A DNA stretch of 41,072 nt, from NCBI RefSeq assembly GCF_006345805.1, contig NW_021826203.1:1-41072 (forward strand), in the 5' to 3' direction. This DNA comes from Octopus sinensis. Lineage: Eukaryota. The notes beneath the pieces were generated by a model, which had not been told where the DNA came from, did no database searches, and saw only the letters and a list, made by a program, of their open reading frames with translations. Both the position numbers and the translations under genes were made by a program. Shown here piece after piece: positions 34,051 through 41,072 of the stretch (position 1 is the stretch's first letter; the number at the start of each line of letters is the position of its first letter).

Positions 34051-34764
34051 TTTATTTAACTTGTTACGGTAACACACAACCAGAGATTGTGGTTGCTTAT
34101 TATTTATCCTCTTGGTGATTGAAAGGGACGAAGCCAGTCCCCTTGTCTCCCATTTTTAGGGTCACTGAGATTGATAGCAGGAAGGGGAGAAGGTGGGTGA
34201 CAGAGACAGTCGAATCAAGGGGCTTGTATATGAACGATTCTTTAGTTTATTGACCTCACACCACCGTCGCCGCCACCGTCCAATGCTTCTCACCTCACAA
34301 GTCGTCAACTTGAAGTTATCACAACATAAAGGGAGATAACTACATACTTGCTAGCCATTCCTGTGATGCTCCAGTATTTTTCTTAATTAGTGTAAAATTT
34401 AATTTCTAACATTGACACACCAGCAAAAGGCTACACCAACTGTTCCGAAATTTTTTTTATAATAACCGTAGTTGTGGTGGTGGGATGCGTGGGTGTTGTC
34501 AATTAGATCGATCCCAGTATTTGAACTACTGGTTGATACAGAGACAAATTTAAATGGCTTGGAACTCAGAACATAAAGAGTTGTAAGAAAATAATCCAAA
34601 ATATTTTGTTTTATACACGGGTGACTTTTGTCAATTCATCCCATTTAAGTTGTGTAAATATTATTATTATTATCATTATTATTATTATTATTATCATTAT
34701 TATTTTTATCATTATCATTATTATTATCATTATTATTACTATTATTATTATTATTATTATCATT

Positions 34765-35318
34765 GAGTGAGAGAGCAGTTCATGCCATCAAATTGACACT
34801 GGGGTAAAATATACGAAGCCCAATATACCCATCATGACTACCTGTCTGATAAAGGTACACCAGGCACATGCATCACAACCATATGTGCGCGACATGGTGA
34901 TCTCATATCAAGATAAACAGCACATGACCTTGCAGGTGGGGCCCAGTTAGAATTTTCTTCAGGTTGAGTAGCCCATCCCGCTCAAAGGGTCCCTGAATAA
35001 GGGTTGTTTAAGGATGTTGAAAGAACCACCCATGTTTCCAGAGGTGAACTATTCAAACCCCAAAGAATCCCTCTCAACACATGGCTATGATGCTCCCCCA
35101 CTACTTCTGCTCGTGATCAGAGATGCACATATTGTCAGCCACTGAGGGACATGCTCAACTGGTTAAGGTCAAACAACTGACAAGCAAATCTGTGGTATTG
35201 AGCAGAATATTTGCTGTAGCCCATCTTTTATACCAAGACAAAACAATGTACATGATAACACTTCCAATCAGTTAAGATCAGAAGCCATGAGAGCCACTGC
35301 CTGGTACTGCATCAGGGC
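34765..35318 (-). mobile_element. Unclassified ~550-bp element with an (AAT)n tail, flanked on both sides by (TTA)n
   Basis: GC-richer block between two TTA tracts; minus strand starts gccctgatgcagtacc and ends ctctctcactc(aat)n. Confidence 0.5.
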
Positions 35319-35361
<43 letters not shown>

Positions 35362-35734
35362 TTTATCATTATCATCATTATTATTATTATTATTATTATT
35401 ATTGAACCCAGAACCATGTGGTTGGTAAACAAGCTACTTACCACACAGCCACTCCTTATATTATTTATCATATTATATTATATTATATTATATCATATAT
35501 TAATTATATATATATATATATATATGTTTAGAATGTAAAAGCATACTTTTGAGGCAGGTTTGAGGAAGTGCCACTCAAATGTCTAAAACTGCTCACATTA
35601 TGTAAATTTTCACTTTGAATTTTTGTGTGAGGAGGCATCGGAAGCAGAAACAAATGTAAAGGATTGTTAAAGATGTGTTGAAGTCTTTCTCTTTCTCGGT
35701 CTTCATCATCAGATTATATATAAATACATACATA

Positions 35735-36030
35735 CATGGTGGTTGCCCCCTCGTTATCGAGTATGGCCATTGCACGAAGCATAATCAATGTTGTTATCGT
35801 GCAATGACTGTGCAAGAAGATTTTTTTTTAAAGTGAGGAAAGGCTGTGCACTGAGTCAATCCCACTCATTAAGCAACAGCAGCCATAATCCGAAAAGAAG
35901 AACAAGTCAACATCATCGGTAACCACTGAGCCGCAGGTTTTATGCCGGAGTTATCCCAGTTACCTGAGTTACCTTCTCCTTGAAGGATGCCCTAACAAAG
36001 GCTAGGAGTCCTTCACTCCAAATTTGTTTA
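35735..36030 (-). mobile_element. Bipartite RTE-derived non-autonomous element
   Basis: RTE 5'-UTR-like ggactcctagcctttgttagggcatccttcaaggagaagg plus a 3' hairpin 25/36 identical to 26978-27013. Confidence 0.6.
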
Positions 36031-36094
36031 ACCATACATACATGCATACATACATACATACATACATATATACATACATACATATATATATATA

Positions 36095-36259
36095 TAGGCG
36101 CAGGAGTGGCTGTGTGGTAAGTAGCTTGCTTACCAGCCACACAGTTCCGGGTTCAATCCCACTGCGTGGCACCTTGGGCAAGTGTCTTCTACTATAGCCT
36201 CAGGCCGACCAAAGCCTTGTGAGTAGATTTGGTAAACGGAAACTGAAAGAAGCCCATCG

Positions 36260-36296
<37 letters not shown>

Positions 36297-36528
36297 ATAT
36301 ATTTGTGTGTCTGTGTTTGTCTCTCCAACATCGCTTGACAACTGATGCTGGTGTGTTTACGTCCCTGTTACTTAGCGGTTCCGCAAAAGAGACCGATAGG
36401 ATAAGTTACTAGGCATTAGGTTTACAAAGAATAAGTCCTGGAGTCGATTTGCTTGACTAAAAGGTGGTGCTCCAGCATGGCCGCAGTCAAATGACTGAAA
36501 CAAATAAAAGAGAGTAAAAAAGAGAGTA
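36095..36528 (+). mobile_element. SINE-A, full length
   Basis: Family match. Confidence 0.92.
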
Positions 36529-36609
36529 ATATATATAATTATGCATGCTGACACACACAAACACACACACACACCACACACACACACACACACACATTAA
36601 AGTAATAAA

Positions 36610-36811
36610 GTTAATGTCTGGCCAGAGAGTGACCAATGGTTTCGCATCCCCGAAGGCTGCCTCAGAGATGTCCAATCAGATTCGTGTGTTAAAACAAATG
36701 TAACTCTTCATCTCTGGGAGGCAGAAATCCGTTGCCTTCGTCTTCAGACTAGAGTCTGAGGGGATGTCTGTGATGCTTATAGCCTTTGTGGATGCGGAAT
36801 CAGACATTAAC
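36610..36811. mobile_element. Imperfect fold-back between (CA)n and (TA)n, with a hammerhead-like 3' half
   Basis: gttaatgtctg / cagacattaac; gcatccccgaaggct / agcctttgtggatgc; minus-strand GAAACCATTGGTC 36643-36631. Confidence 0.5.
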
Positions 36812-36830
36812 GTATATATACATATAAATA

Positions 36831-36866
<36 letters not shown>

Positions 36867-36874
36867 TATGTATC

Positions 36875-36931
<57 letters not shown>

Positions 36932-36944
36932 TGTTGTGTGTGTG

Positions 36945-37137
36945 AGTATGTTTGTGTGTCTGTGCTTGTCTCCACCCACCGTTGCTTGACAACTGATGCT
37001 GGTGTATTTACATAGCTGCCACTTAGCGGTTCGGCCAAAGAGACTGATAGAATAAGTCCTGGGTCGATTTGTTTGACTAAAGGTGGTGCTCTAGCATGGC
37101 CACAATTAAATGACTGAAACAAACAAAGGAGTAAAAA

Positions 37138-37140
<3 letters not shown>
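36945..37140 (+). mobile_element. SINE-A 3' half with an internal deletion
   Basis: Family match. Confidence 0.85.
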
Positions 37141-37185
<45 letters not shown>

Positions 37186-37256
37186 TTATATTATTTTATT
37201 TTATTTTATCTTATCTAGTTTCAGCTCACGAGCTGTGGCCATGCTGGGGCACCGCC

Positions 37257-37317
<61 letters not shown>

Positions 37318-37639
37318 CATTTATATTTATTTATATATATATCTACACATATATATACATATATAGTGGCTTGGCAAAAGAAACTGATAGAATATGTACC
37401 AGGCTTAAAATTATGTAAGTAGTGAGTGGGGGTGAGGAGCTAATCATTTGACCAAAACCCCTTCAAAGTGGTGCCCCAGCATGGCTACAGTCCAGTAATT
37501 CAAAGAAGTAAAAAAAAAAAAAAGATAGAAAAAGAACATTCATTCTAATATTGAAATGCCAGAATTCTAGCAGTCTTCAAGAAGGCACAAAATGCATGGC
37601 TTTCGCAAGGGTAAAACAGTTCGTAAAATATATTTACAA

Positions 37640-37668
37640 TATGACATATCCATAATATCTATCCATCC

Positions 37669-37725
<57 letters not shown>

Positions 37726-37987
37726 CCTACCTACCATTATACTACCTACCTACCTACCAACATACCTACCTAGCTACCATTCTATCTACCTACCTATTTC
37801 TTTATTACCCACAAGGAGCTAAACACAGAGGGGACAAACAAGGACAGACATAGGTATTAAGTAGATTACATCGACCCTAGTGCGTAACTGGTCCTTAATT
37901 TATCGACACCGAAAGGTGAAAGGCAAAGTCGACCTCCATCTACCTACCTACCTATCAAACTATCTACCTACCTACCTACCTATCAAA

Positions 37988-38030
<43 letters not shown>

Positions 38031-38110
38031 ATCTATCTATCTATATATATATATATCTATCTATCTACCTACCTACCTACCTAAAAAAACATACTACCTA
38101 TCTATCTGTC
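37640..38110. repeat. (TATC)n/(TACC)n tract interrupted by a SINE-E fragment (37806-37933, minus)
   Basis: Direct reading; the fragment matches the 33311 unit in reverse. Confidence 0.85.
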
Positions 38111-38138
38111 TGTCTGTCTAACTGTATATATGTGTATT

Positions 38139-38181
<43 letters not shown>

Positions 38182-38859
38182 TATATATATATGATATATA
38201 TTATATGTATATATACATATATATACACACACATATATATATTACATATATATTTTTTGTTAGTTTTTTTTGTAAATTCCAGCTATATACATATATATAT
38301 ATATATGTATATATACACATACATACTTAATATATACACTGTATCTAATTCATACAACAAACACAATTTAAGTACACATCAATTTAAAGCACATACATCC
38401 ATCTACAACTGGAACTCTAAGAATCACCCCCCCCTCTATGGTTTTTACTACCAATATAACGTAATAATCTCGAAGAGTAAGAATTGTATAAGAACTGCTA
38501 GATGTTGCATGGAGCATTGAAAGAAGGAATAGAGTAACCGCTGCTGCTGCTGCTGCCGGTGCTGTTGCTGCTGTTGTTGCTGTTGCTGTTGCTGCACACA
38601 AGTTGCACAGTAGCAGCATGCAGTGTGATACGACTTGCTATTTCATAATTTAGCAGAGTTATGGGTGATAGTGTTAGCAACCGTGAGATAAGGCAATCGT
38701 AGATTCGGTTGCATAACACGCTAGATATTATGATGAATGGCTGTGTGCGTACGTATATACGTAGATATACGTAACGTACATTCATTCGTACATACATGCG
38801 TACGTACGCATGTACGTACGTACTTACGCATTCTTATACGTATGTGTGAGCACGTGTAT

Positions 38860-39940
<1,081 letters not shown>

Positions 39941-40067
39941 ACCTGCACAGAGGTATATATAATATATATATATAGACAGGAAATAGATAGGTAAATGGAC
40001 AGGTGAACAACTAGAAAGGCTGGTAGATAAATACTTGTGCAGATAAAGCAATGTAGTTGCACACACT

Positions 40068-40105
<38 letters not shown>

Positions 40106-40374
40106 CTCTCTCTCTCTCACACACACACACGCACACACACCGTGCATACACTAACACACTCGTGTAGAAAACACACGTACCTATGCTTACGTTATGGATC
40201 TATGTATTCGTGTATAGACGTGTGTGCATGTGTTTCTGTGTGAACGGTATATATTAGGTAATATATTATGTGTATATTCTGTATATTACAGCACAGTGTG
40301 TATGATTTAATTCTAAATAAGAATTATAATCAATTCTATTTCGAAATATTTTGTAGTATGAAGGGTGTGGCAAA

Positions 40375-41072
40375 AAATAAATCAAGACAATGAGGTAGGT
40401 GGCTTCTATATGGCCATATAAATTGTTAAAAATAGTCAAATATCCCTCAAATCACAATTTGCTGTCTTAAACAAACCAGGGGATCTCTGCAGTGTTGTTT
40501 GACCTGCTGAAAATAGCTGTCAAATAACTCTCAAATCAATAAAAAAATCAAAACAAAGACAATAAAAAAATCAAGAAAAATAGTCAAATATCCCTCAAAT
40601 CACAATTTGCTGTCTTAAACAAGCCAGAGGATCTCTGCAGTGTTGTTTGACCTGCTGAAAATAGCTGTCAAATAACTCTCAAATCAATAAAAAAAATCAA
40701 AACAAAGGCAATAAAAAAATCTAGAAAATGAGGTAGGTGGCTTCTATATGGCCATATAAATTGTTAGAAATAGTCAAATATCCCTCAAATCACAATCTGC
40801 TGTCTTAAACAAACCAGGGGATCTCTGCAGTGTTGCTTGACCTGCTGAAAATAGCTGTCCAAATAACTCTCAAATCAATAAAAAATCAAGACAATGGCAA
40901 AAAAATAAATCAGAATGAAGTAGGTGGCTTCTACACAGCCTATAAATTGTTAAAAAATAGTCAAATACCCCTCAAATCACAATTTTCTGTCTTAACCAAC
41001 CAGGGCATCTCTGCAGTGTTGTTTGACCTGCTGAAAATAGCTGTCAAATAACTCTCAAATCAAACTCATTGT
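40375..41072. repeat. ~189-bp tandem array (one 147-bp unit), running off the window end
   Basis: aatagtcaaata(t)ccctcaaatcac near 40431, 40578, 40769 and 40957. Confidence 0.92.

Noticed and set aside
35094-35119. U1 snRNA-like words TGATCACGA and GTAGTGGGGGA on minus
   Set aside because: Adjacent here but far apart in U1, and no other U1 features; likely chance.

Overview
AT-rich, microsatellite-saturated eukaryotic DNA with no convincing host protein-coding exon. From my recollection of the repeat families it is most likely intronic or intergenic Octopus (cephalopod) sequence; that is an inference, not a database result. Almost every ORF in the track is a translated microsatellite or SINE. 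Supported content: about 17 copies of a tRNA-derived SINE with an internal (TA)n(TG)n tract (SINE-A), three other tRNA-type SINE families, 3' fragments of two RTE-clade LINEs, a bipartite RTE derivative, an R2/HERO-type RLE endonuclease remnant, Merlin and hAT transposase remnants, piggyBac-like and hAT-like MITEs, a non-autonomous Helitron, and several tandem arrays. The most interesting signal is a population of small, mostly microsatellite-embedded elements, most of them fold-backs, that carry minimal type I hammerhead ribozyme motifs (CUGAnGA-stem II-GAAA-short palindromic helix III-NUH), the architecture known from Penelope-like elements and retrozymes. The best examples are a 431-bp near-perfect palindrome with mirror-image hammerheads (7970-8400) and a ~1.15-kb tandem duplication with one hammerhead per unit (8480-10700). 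Coordinates were read by eye and may be off by a few bases. Ribozyme activity is untested.
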